Source of the DNA: Candidatus Velamenicoccus archaeovorus
GTDB lineage: Bacteria > Omnitrophota > Gorgyraeia > Velamenicoccales > Velamenicoccaceae
Assembly: GCF_004102945.1 (NCBI RefSeq)
Contig: NZ_CP019384.1
Location: 1,590,001-1,622,000 of the forward strand
Length of the DNA: 32,000 nt
Direction: 5' to 3'
The notes below the pieces were generated by a model. The model was not told where the DNA came from, made no database searches, and saw only the letters and a program-made list of their open reading frames with translations. A program made the translations under genes and the position numbers. Numbering within the stretch: the first letter of the stretch is position 1; every line of letters begins with the position of its first letter. Below, piece after piece: positions 1 through 8,753 of this stretch.

Positions 1-1042
1 ACCAACAACTAACGCCTATGCCTAAAATAATCATTTTTTTTGCATCTATATGGTTATAAAGCCTTCCTGCAAGAGGCATAAATATAAATAAGGTAAGGGC
101 CCTGGGCAGAAGCGTCAGGCCGGATTGATACGCCGAATACCCCAATAAACTCTGCGTCAACTGCGGCAAAATAAAAGTCGTCCCGTAAAGCGCGATTCCG
201 TATATCCCTACTACGGTAAACCCGATCGCAAACGGAACATTGCGCAATATGCGCAAATTAACAACCGGCTCATCAGTCCACAATTCCCAAAAGATCAAAG
301 CGAGCAACGCAACTACGGATACGATTGACCAGGTTATGATAAATGTGGAATCAAACCAGTTTTTTTCCTGGCCTCTCTCCAAAACTATTTGCAAGGCCGT
401 AAGGCCGACCATAAGAAATGATATACCGAACCAATCGACTTTCTTTATGCCGCGTTTTAGATATTCAGGATCATGCACATAATGATAAACCATCCATATT
501 CCTACCAAGCTGATAGGAATGTTGATATAGAAAATCCATGGCCAGCCATAGTGGTCAATCAGCCAACCGCCCACGATCGGCCCTAACGCGGGCGCCAACA
601 CGATGCCCATCCCGAAAATAGCCATGGCCATACCATGCTGTTTTCTGGGAAAAGTCTCGCGTAAAATTGCCTGGGAAATCGGTATTAGAGCTCCACCCCC
701 TATCCCCTGGATAATCCTATAGATAAGCATTTGGGGGAATGTCTTGGCTGTCCCGCATAAAACCGACCCTATGGTAAACAAAATGAAAGAAAATAAATAA
801 AGGTTTTTCCTGCCCATCAATGCGCTCAGCCAGCCGGTCATGGTAATGACTATAATAGCGGCAATAGTGTAGATGGTAGCTATCCAGGTAATTGCGGATA
901 AGGTTTCGGCAAAGTTCCCCATCATATAGGGAAGAGCGACATTGACTATACTCGTATCCATAACAGACAGGAATGCCCCAAGCATTACCGCTGTCGTAAC
1001 CATCCATTTATTACTGCCATGGGCAGGGCTTTCAGCAACCAT
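1..1042 (-). CDS. emrB: DHA2-family MFS drug-efflux permease (EmrB/QacA-like), N-terminal ~347 codons; continues beyond the left window edge
   Basis: Absent from the ORF track because there is no stop inside the window. Hand translation of the minus strand from ATG at 1042 gives MVAESPAHGSNKWMVTTAVMLGAFLSVMDTSIVNVALPYMMGNF...RIIQGIGGGALIPISQAILRETFPRKQHGMAMAIFGMGIVLAPALGPIVGGWLIDHYGWPWIFYINIP. The frame stays open to position 1. AGGAG lies just upstream, 13 nt after the emrA-like stop. Confidence 0.85.
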   Translation of the reverse strand, partial: MVAESPAHGSNKWMVTTAVMLGAFLSVMDTSIVNVALPYMMGNFAETLSAITWIATIYTIAAIIVITMTGWLSALMGRKNLYLFSFILFTIGSVLCGTAKTFPQMLIYRIIQGIGGGALIPISQAILRETFPRKQHGMAMAIFGMGIVLAPALGPIVGGWLIDHYGWPWIFYINIPISLVGIWMVYHYVHDPEYLKRGIKKVDWFGISFLMVGLTALQIVLERGQEKNWFDSTFIITWSIVSVVALLALIFWELWTDEPVVNLRILRNVPFAIGFTVVGIYGIALYGTTFILPQLTQSLLGYSAYQSGLTLLPRALTLFIFMPLAGRLYNHIDAKKMIILGIGVSCW

Positions 1043-1055
1043 CAATTCTCCTGGT

Positions 1056-1946
1056 TTACTTTATCTTGATAGCAGGTATTACCGACATCCCTAATGCAAG
1101 CGGATGCTTCGGATCAGGTTCTTCATCAAATACTATTTTAACCGGCACCCTTTGTACAATCTTTATGTAGTTACCCGATGCGTTTTCAGGCGGCAAAAGG
1201 CTGAAACGCGCGCCTGTGCCTCTTTGAATACTATCTACATGCCCTTTGAAGACTTTTCCGGGATAAGCGTCTATGGTTATCGTTACCGGCTGGCCAGGCA
1301 ATATATTCTTAAGATCTGTTTCCTTAAGATTAGCCACAACCCAGCGCTCAGGAGTTACGATAGTTAACAGCATCTGGCCAATCTGCACAAATGCGCCCTC
1401 CTCCACTGACTTTTCAGTCACTCTGCCTGCGGATGGCGCATAAATCTTGGTATAGGAAAGCTCAAGCTTTGCTTGTTCTAGAGCGGCTTTTGACTGATCT
1501 GCCTCTGCGTTAGCCACCCTCGCCCTGACAAGAACATGCTCCATGTTCTGTTTAGATATCTCATCGTTTAAAATAAGCTTCTTATAGCGGCTGACGTCTT
1601 CCTCGGCCTGGGCTGCCTTTGCCTGGGCTGCTTCTAAATTTGCCTCTGCCATCTTTAAGCGCGTCTCATAATCACGCGGATCTATCTCGGCTAAAAGCTC
1701 TCCCTCTTTTACTTCCTGATTATCATCGATATAGACTTTTAAGATATGCCCGGAAACCTTAGGGCTGATCGAAATGGCATGTCCTTCGATAAAAGCGTCG
1801 TCTGTGGAGGTATGCGACAAGGCGTAAAAATAATAATAAAGGCCAAAGGAACATCCTAAAATCAGCAAAACAATTGCCGGGATGATGAATCTTTTCTTAT
1901 GCAGCAATTTGATTTTTTTGACCGGAACATTTAACTTATCGCTCAT
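1056..1946 (-). CDS. emrA: HlyD/EmrA-family membrane fusion (periplasmic adaptor) protein
   Basis: 296-aa ORF with an N-terminal TM helix, a coiled-coil stretch (AEANLEAAQAKAAQAEEDV...) and a beta-barrel C-terminus typical of EmrA/HlyD. Only 1 nt separates it from the upstream TolC-like gene. Confidence 0.85.
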   Translation of the reverse strand: MSDKLNVPVKKIKLLHKKRFIIPAIVLLILGCSFGLYYYFYALSHTSTDDAFIEGHAISISPKVSGHILKVYIDDNQEVKEGELLAEIDPRDYETRLKMAEANLEAAQAKAAQAEEDVSRYKKLILNDEISKQNMEHVLVRARVANAEADQSKAALEQAKLELSYTKIYAPSAGRVTEKSVEEGAFVQIGQMLLTIVTPERWVVANLKETDLKNILPGQPVTITIDAYPGKVFKGHVDSIQRGTGARFSLLPPENASGNYIKIVQRVPVKIVFDEEPDPKHPLALGMSVIPAIKIK

Positions 1947-1947
1947 C

Positions 1948-3351
1948 TTATTTTCCTTTCTTGGAAAGAGTAAATGTTTCTATGTTGCCTAAAGCGGAGT
2001 AAAGATTGACCCGTGCCGAATTATACTGAAAAAGCATGGCCACATATTGCTGCCTGGCGCGGGCAAGGGCAGTTTGGGCGTCAATAACCTCAATATTATC
2101 GCCTATACCGGCCAAAAACAAATCCTTGCTCATCTCTAATTCTCTATTGGCTAAAGCAAGAACCTTCTTGGCTGCTCTCACTTGTTTAGCGCTGATAACA
2201 AGCGATTGCAAGGCTAAGCGCACGTCTTCGTCTACCTGCTTGCCTAAGTCGTTAAAAATCAATTGGGATTGGCGTTTATTGCTCTCTGCCTCTTGAATCT
2301 CTCCCTTAATCATTCCGCCGTCAAAAATAGGCATTTTTAAAGCTACGCCAACCTCGCCTACATTCCGTAATGAGCCGTTTGGACTATCGCCGCCCAAGCC
2401 GTAATCACCCATTAGCCCAACGGTAGGCAATCTTCCCGATTTTGCCTCCTTAAGCTTGAATTCGTCGTGCTGAATGCGTTCGCCGGAAATCTTCAGCTCT
2501 GTCCTGTTTTTATTGGCGAAGCCTACCTCTTCGGCGGCGGAGAAAACATGTTCCAGCACAAAATCCATCGTATCTGTCAACTTTAAACGGGTAGTCAACG
2601 GCAACCCGATTACGCGGTTAAGCTCTATATAGGACCTGCGTAAATCCATCGTGGCCTGCAAACTCCTAGCCTCTGCTTCGGCTTCGCGCGTCTCAAACCT
2701 CGCCACATCAATGCTTGTGGCTAATCCTGCCACGTTTTGGTGGCGGCCCAATTTTAAAAGCTGTCTTGCCAGATCCAAATCCGCCTTGGCGGCATCCGAG
2801 TCCTCCTCTGCCCTTAACGCATTCAAATACGCAAGGCTAACCGCTGCCCTCACTTGCTTAGCCGCAAGCTCTTCATCAAGTTGGGCTATTTTAGAATTAA
2901 CCTTTTCGGCCCGGAATCGCTCAATTGCGCTTAAATCGAATATTTGTTGCACCAATTGGATTCTGCCGTCAAAAGAATTATAAGGGCCAATCATCCCGAA
3001 AGAAGAAAACCCCATCTCGACAAGATTTTCTTTAAAAACACGGGATTGTTGCAAGTCAAGTAATACATGCGGCAGGAGGTAAGAAGCCGACTGGAATACT
3101 TTGCCTTTAGCCTCTTCAGTTTTGGCATTGGCCAAAAGAGTAGTAAGATTATTTTTTAAGGCCAATCCTGTGGCATCACTCAAATTCAAGTAAGTATATT
3201 GTTCAACAGATGGTAAATTACCGGTATGTTCAGAAACATCCGTTGAAGCAAAAACCGTAGATGAAAAAAAGAATAAAATTAGAAAAACGAATCTAATGAA
3301 AATGCCTTTCCTAAGGTTAATTTTATTTTTTATGCTATAAGTAAAATTCAT
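1948..3351 (-). CDS. TolC-family outer membrane efflux protein
   Basis: 467-aa ORF with a signal peptide (FLILFFFSSTVFAS) and two OEP-type repeats with long alpha-helical segments. Operon context is MarR, then this gene, then EmrA and EmrB. Confidence 0.8.
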   Translation of the reverse strand: MNFTYSIKNKINLRKGIFIRFVFLILFFFSSTVFASTDVSEHTGNLPSVEQYTYLNLSDATGLALKNNLTTLLANAKTEEAKGKVFQSASYLLPHVLLDLQQSRVFKENLVEMGFSSFGMIGPYNSFDGRIQLVQQIFDLSAIERFRAEKVNSKIAQLDEELAAKQVRAAVSLAYLNALRAEEDSDAAKADLDLARQLLKLGRHQNVAGLATSIDVARFETREAEAEARSLQATMDLRRSYIELNRVIGLPLTTRLKLTDTMDFVLEHVFSAAEEVGFANKNRTELKISGERIQHDEFKLKEAKSGRLPTVGLMGDYGLGGDSPNGSLRNVGEVGVALKMPIFDGGMIKGEIQEAESNKRQSQLIFNDLGKQVDEDVRLALQSLVISAKQVRAAKKVLALANRELEMSKDLFLAGIGDNIEVIDAQTALARARQQYVAMLFQYNSARVNLYSALGNIETFTLSKKGK

Positions 3352-3357
3352 TTGGTT

Positions 3358-3900
3358 TTATTTTCTTCCAGTAACACTGCGTAAAGCAAGAGTTTTTAAT
3401 CTTAATTTGGCCAATATCTTATTCAATTTATGCCGTTCATTACTATTTAAACAAGAAGCGAGCTTTTTCATTTCTAAATAATAAGAAGGAGTAACGGAAT
3501 TACGCAATTCTTCGCCTTTCCTGGTAATTTTAACAATACTTAACCTGCGGTCTTTCTCTGAGCCCTGCCGTTCAACTAAATTCCTGCGCACAAGATTATC
3601 AACCAGTTCCGTTATATTAGCGCGGCTTACCAATAACAAGTCGCTCAATTCTCTATGAGTACATCCCTTGTTTTCACTGCGACTTATAATATTTAAAATA
3701 TTGAGCGTGGAGCGGGAAAGCCCGCTAGCTTCAAGCTTAGACGCAAGATGGTTAAAGATTGCATCGTGCGTATAAATCAGGTTTAAAAACAGCTCTGCTG
3801 AATGCCAATGGAACCATTTGGATTTTTTGCCGTAATCCCGCAGATTACTCAAATAGTAACTTGGCCGCTTATCCTCGCTTGTCTTTTCTATTCTTTGCAT
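3358..3900 (-). CDS. MarR-family transcriptional regulator
   Basis: 180-aa ORF with a winged-helix core (HRELSDLLLVSRANITELVDNLVRRNLVERQGSEKDRRLSIVKITRKGEEL). First gene of the efflux operon. Confidence 0.8.
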   Translation of the reverse strand: MQRIEKTSEDKRPSYYLSNLRDYGKKSKWFHWHSAELFLNLIYTHDAIFNHLASKLEASGLSRSTLNILNIISRSENKGCTHRELSDLLLVSRANITELVDNLVRRNLVERQGSEKDRRLSIVKITRKGEELRNSVTPSYYLEMKKLASCLNSNERHKLNKILAKLRLKTLALRSVTGRK

Positions 3901-3969
3901 GTCTGCCTCCTTTTTATACGGTTGCTATTATTTATAGCACAAAAAGCCATATTTGTCAATATCTTAAAT

Positions 3970-3983
3970 GTTAATATATTAAC
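3970..3983. promoter_or_regulatory. Perfect 14-nt AT-rich palindrome GTTAATATATTAAC, candidate MarR operator
   Basis: Read directly from the sequence, 70-83 nt upstream of the marR-family start (3900, minus strand). MarR regulators typically bind short palindromes in their own promoter. Confidence 0.35.
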
Positions 3984-4056
3984 TAATTAAGCCCATGCTT
4001 GCCAAAAGAATCAGGAGATACTCTATAAATTTTCCCTGAACAAATCACAACACCTT

Positions 4057-4094
4057 AGATATCAAGGAATTATATCTCTATTTACTTGATATCT
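4057..4094. promoter_or_regulatory. 10-bp perfect inverted repeat AGATATCAAG-N18-CTTGATATCT upstream of the DUF2924/recombinase pair
   Basis: Arms at 4057-4066 and 4085-4094, about 50 nt upstream of ATG 4142. It could be an operator or a recombinase site; function is unknown. Confidence 0.3.
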
Positions 4095-4141
4095 CTCGAA
4101 CTGTATGGCTATATGTACATGAAGATGAAAGGAGCCGATTT

Positions 4142-4612
4142 ATGACGGAAACAAAACTATCTCAAATATTGGAACTTAGAGAAAAGTCGATCGGTGAACT
4201 ACAGGGAAAATACGCCGAGCTATTCCCAGGTCAACAGACCCCCTCTAACAATAAAGTGTATTTATGGCGCAAGATCGCATACAGGCTGCAGGAGCTGGAA
4301 TACGGCGGAATTTCTGTGGAGGCCCAGAATAAAATCCAGCAGCTAATCCAGCAATTTGACCCCATAAATAACAAGACGCTGCGGCCCGATGATGCCCTTA
4401 AAGAACGTCCTAAGAAAACAAAACTGAGCCGCGACAAGAGACTGCCCATTCCCGGCACAGTGATCATCAAAGAATACAAAGGTATCAAGCTGGAGGTCAA
4501 AATCCTCGAATCAGGCTTTGAATTCCGTAGCAAGGTCTATAAGAGCCTGACGGCCATAGCCAAAGAAATTACCGGCGCGCACTGGAACGGATACCTGTTC
4601 TTCAATCTATAG
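4142..4612 (+). CDS. DUF2924-like small protein, commonly paired with large serine recombinases
   Basis: 156-aa ORF with AAAGGAG 8 nt upstream. The C-terminal motif YKSLTAIAKEITGAHWNGYLFFNL matches my recollection of DUF2924. It ends 3 nt before the recombinase gene. Confidence 0.6.
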   Translation: MTETKLSQILELREKSIGELQGKYAELFPGQQTPSNNKVYLWRKIAYRLQELEYGGISVEAQNKIQQLIQQFDPINNKTLRPDDALKERPKKTKLSRDKRLPIPGTVIIKEYKGIKLEVKILESGFEFRSKVYKSLTAIAKEITGAHWNGYLFFNL

Positions 4613-4615
4613 GGA

Positions 4616-6262
4616 ATGATCATGGAAGAGACAAAACAATCCAAGAAACGCATCTACTGCGCCATTTACACGCGCAAATCAACCTCTGAAGGACTTGATC
4701 AGAACTTCACATCCCTTGATGCTCAAAGAGAAGCCGCCGAAAACTACATTAACAGCCAAAAACATGAAGGCTGGGTTGTGCTTCAAGAACCCTATGATGA
4801 CGGAGGATTCACAGGCGCAAATATGGATAGGCCTGGACTACAAAAACTACTTTCAGAGATCAAGAATCAGAAAATCAACTGCGTCGTGGTCTACAAAGTC
4901 GATAGGCTATCCCGCTCCCTGACGGATTTTGCGCAGTTGCTCGAATTCTTTGACAAAAACAACGTGACATTTGTTTCTGTAACGCAATCATTCAACACCA
5001 ATACCTCAATGGGCCGACTGACGCTGAACATCCTCCTTTCTTTCGCGCAGTTTGAACGTGAAATTGCCCGCGAAAGAACCAAAGACAAGATGTCCGCTGC
5101 CAGGAAACGCGGCCAATGGACCGGCGGCATAGCTCCCTTAGGCTATTGCGTGGATGACAATAAGAAATTAATCGTAGACCCCGAAGGCGCAAAGGTAGTC
5201 CGTGAGATCTTTGACCTCTATCTCAAGGGCAACTCTACGCTCAAAATCGTACATATGTTCAATGAGAAGGGCTATAAGACGAACAAGATAGCCTGTAAGA
5301 ACGGCAAAACCTTAGGTGGGGTCAAATATAGCGTTGCAAGAATCCAATGGATGCTCCGGCATCCGATCTATATGGGTAAAGCACTATACAATGGCCAGAT
5401 TTATGATGGCGAGCATGAAGCTATTATCGACGAGGAAACCTTCAAGAAAACCCAAGCCTTGCTCAATGAAAACCACAGGGAACGAAAAGCAACAAAGAAC
5501 GTAGACTGCACAGGCTTATTGAGCCGTATTCTACACTGCAAGATCTGCGGAACCTATATGACACATACCTATACCATAAGAAACGGCACTCACAAATACC
5601 GCTATTACACCTGCACCAATGCTCAGAAGCTTGGCCATAGCTCCTGCCCTACCAGATCCGTCAATTCCAAGGCAATCGAAGACGCCGTGGTCAACTGTCT
5701 GCGAGAGATCTTCTCCGATAAAAGCAAAAGAGAAAAACACGCCTATAAACAGGAAACCGACGCTCTTCTGTCGCCTGTTTGGGACACCCTGCATCCACAA
5801 GAAAAGCGGCGCATCTTCAAGATATTGCTCAAGGAAGTCGACTATACGGCCAGTAGCAAAAAACTCGGCATAACGCTCGCCGATAACGACCTGAGGCTTG
5901 AGTTTGATGCGGATTTACAGCAGGTGCGGCCTTTAAACAAGTGGCACAAAGAAGAAGAAATCAAAAAAGAACCCACCGTTCGAACAATGCTTGTCTTAGC
6001 TCATCAAGTCCAACAGCTCGTCAATACTGGAAAGATCAAGCATCCCCGCGAGGCTTGTAAGTGGCTTAACCTAAGTGTGACGCGCATGGATCAAACCATG
6101 AATACTCTTTTCCTATGTCCTGCCATTCAAAGTGAGATCCTCTCTACCGACACGCCTGCCATCAACGCGCTCACAGAGTTCAAAATTCGCCCTCTCCTCA
6201 AAGAAGCCATCTGGACCGATCAATTAGCCAAGTGGCAAACCTTGATCGCCGGTAACCGCTAA
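4616..6262 (+). CDS. Large serine recombinase (resolvase/invertase N-domain + recombinase domain + zinc ribbon)
   Basis: 548 aa. N-terminal catalytic motif YCAIYTRKSTSEGLDQ..SLDAQREA and VYKVDRLSRS. A Cys cluster (CKICG...YYTCTN...SCP) fits the zinc-ribbon recombinase domain, followed by a long C-terminal extension. Confidence 0.9.
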   Translation: MIMEETKQSKKRIYCAIYTRKSTSEGLDQNFTSLDAQREAAENYINSQKHEGWVVLQEPYDDGGFTGANMDRPGLQKLLSEIKNQKINCVVVYKVDRLSRSLTDFAQLLEFFDKNNVTFVSVTQSFNTNTSMGRLTLNILLSFAQFEREIARERTKDKMSAARKRGQWTGGIAPLGYCVDDNKKLIVDPEGAKVVREIFDLYLKGNSTLKIVHMFNEKGYKTNKIACKNGKTLGGVKYSVARIQWMLRHPIYMGKALYNGQIYDGEHEAIIDEETFKKTQALLNENHRERKATKNVDCTGLLSRILHCKICGTYMTHTYTIRNGTHKYRYYTCTNAQKLGHSSCPTRSVNSKAIEDAVVNCLREIFSDKSKREKHAYKQETDALLSPVWDTLHPQEKRRIFKILLKEVDYTASSKKLGITLADNDLRLEFDADLQQVRPLNKWHKEEEIKKEPTVRTMLVLAHQVQQLVNTGKIKHPREACKWLNLSVTRMDQTMNTLFLCPAIQSEILSTDTPAINALTEFKIRPLLKEAIWTDQLAKWQTLIAGNR

Positions 6263-6510
6263 TCAAAACCTGCCTGAAAAATTCCAGTTTCTCGCCAATT
6301 ATTCGATCAAAATACGCGATATATCGTCGAATAATCGCGACACTGACTCCAAGAAACTAATCGCCAATTCCGAGATAAAGAGATAGTTTGGCGAGATTTA
6401 CTTGGCTAGATCTTGCGAACCTGCAGGAGGATTTGAAGCTGAGATCGTAAACGCTAAAACAATGAAAAAAATTATGCCCTAACTCTTTGACACAGCAAGA
6501 CAAAGAAAAA

Positions 6511-6543
6511 GCCCTGACCGGTTCGCCCAGTCAGGGCTTTTTC
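6511..6543 (+). terminator. Rho-independent terminator-like hairpin (bidirectional appearance)
   Basis: GCCCTGAC (6511-6518) pairs with GTCAGGGC (6530-6537). It is followed by TTTTTC and preceded by an A-run. Confidence 0.6.
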
Positions 6544-6575
6544 TATCTCTCTATGTGGATTTCGAGAGATCATAG

Positions 6576-6904
6576 TGGTTGCGGGGGTCCGATTTGAACG
6601 GACGGCCTCAAGGTTATGCTTTACTACTACAGCTTTCGCTGCCACCGGCACTATTCCGGCTTTGTAGTCCGGACTATCCCTTAATCCTCATTTTAAGAGG
6701 ATTCCTGCCAACTAGTCTCTACACCTTCTCCCACCGTTTTGATTCGCTTTTACGAATGCAAAACGAATCAATGGGAGCTTGGCTCGGTATTACCCTGGCT
6801 TAAAGCCGAGGGCTTCACCGAATTTGACAGGTTTTCCATCGGCCGTTACCGGCCGTGGGACCCATTGTTGAGCCTTGCGAGCTACCAGGCTGCTCCACCC
6901 CGCG
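6576..6904 (-). tRNA. Initiator tRNA-fMet(CAU) gene interrupted by a 252-nt intron in the anticodon loop
   Basis: The exons are 6904-6871 (CGCGGGGTGGAGCAGCCTGGTAGCTCGCAAGGCT) and 6618-6576 (CATAACCTTGAGGCCGTCCGTTCAAATCGGACCCCCGCAACCA). Joined, they give a 77-nt cloverleaf very close to E. coli tRNA-fMet. Initiator marks present: C1xA72 mismatch, A11:U24, loop CUCAUAA, T-loop TTCAAAT and an encoded CCA. Only 2 of the 3 canonical G:C pairs are present in the anticodon stem. Confidence 0.9.
6619..6870 (-). ncRNA. Group I intron (IC3-like, tRNA-type), no ORF
   Basis: The 5' exon ends in U and the intron ends in G (..GUAGUAAAG|CAUAA). Core strings match the Azoarcus tRNA-Ile and cyanobacterial tRNA introns as I recall them: GUCAAAUUCGG (6828-6818), CCGAGCCAAGC (6787-6777), AAGGUGUAGAGACUAG (6727-6712) and GCAGCGAAAGCUG near the 3' end. 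There is a GNRA-capped hairpin GGCCG-GUAA-CGGCC. A possible 4-bp P1 forms between exon GGCU and intron GGUC. Confidence 0.85.
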
Positions 6905-6939
6905 ATCATTCATTGTACAGAAAGAACAATGAAACGCAA

Positions 6940-7239
6940 CTATTCTTTTGAAGCATTCGTCTGATTCACGACGTCAACTTCATCCTCGCGTATGATCTTA
7001 AGCACCGTCTCGCCCTTCTTGACGATACCCATCTTGTCGCGCGCCACCATCTCCAGATACGCCGTATTGTTCTGCAGCTGGGCGATCCTCTGCTCCAGGA
7101 TGGCGTTCTGGCGCTGCGCCTTCCTGATCTTTTCTTCGGTCTCCGCCAGCTTGGCCTTCAACTCCTGAAACTTGGCAAACCCCGGCAGGAAGATGATGAG
7201 CAAAATAACAAAAATGATGAAAAGCCGCAAATTCTTCAA
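6940..7239 (-). CDS. ftsB: FtsB/DivIC-family septum formation initiator
   Basis: 99 aa with an N-terminal TM helix (LFIIFVILLIIFLPGF), a coiled coil and then the conserved YLEMVARDKMGIVKKGE motif. Located immediately downstream of eno. Confidence 0.75.
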   Translation of the reverse strand: MKNLRLFIIFVILLIIFLPGFAKFQELKAKLAETEEKIRKAQRQNAILEQRIAQLQNNTAYLEMVARDKMGIVKKGETVLKIIREDEVDVVNQTNASKE

Positions 7240-7266
7240 GGTCTCTTCCCACAGGCGGCAGCCGTC

Positions 7267-7288
7267 CCTTCGGCCTTATGGCCGAAGG
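7267..7288 (-). other. 9-bp perfect stem-loop between eno and the ftsB-like gene
   Basis: CCTTCGGCC-TTAT-GGCCGAAGG. No U-tract follows on the minus strand, so it is not a canonical intrinsic terminator. Confidence 0.4.
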
Positions 7289-7297
7289 CCTTAAAGC

Positions 7298-8656
<1,359 letters not shown>

Positions 8657-8715
8657 TCAAGGGATTTAATATATCCCCAAAGAGCCCCGGGGTTCACGAA
8701 CGAAAGAATGCCGCA

Positions 8716-8744
8716 TTGACACGAACAACGATTTATGTTATCTT
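8716..8744 (+). promoter_or_regulatory. Sigma70-like promoter TTGACA-N17-TATCTT for the FtsH-like gene
   Basis: The -35 element is at 8716-8721 and the -10 at 8739-8744. The -10 ends only 9 nt before ATG 8754 and no SD is visible. Confidence 0.45.
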
Positions 8745-8753
8745 CAGACTATT

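Noticed and set aside
717-1007. 96-aa minus-strand ORF
   Set aside because: It is in the wrong frame inside the EmrB-like gene. The frame starting at ATG 1042 gives a convincing MFS sequence open to the window edge.
6411-6450. Possible displaced copy of the tRNA-fMet 3' end (GGATTTGAAGC vs CGATTTGAACG) that would mark an att repeat for the AT-rich segment
   Set aside because: Only about 9 nt match, which is within chance expectation. Serine recombinases do not need long direct repeats.
6576-6904. First impression of a tmRNA (ssrA) because of the tRNA-like 3' end and ~330-nt length
   Set aside because: The 5' and 3' parts join into a complete anticodon-bearing tRNA-fMet. The interior carries group I intron core motifs and no tag-peptide reading frame or tmRNA pseudoknot pattern.
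6579-6951. ORF-track entries 6579..6803 (+) and 6739..6951 (+)
   Set aside because: They lie antisense to the tRNA-fMet and group I intron. They have no SD and a low-complexity, unconserved-looking sequence.
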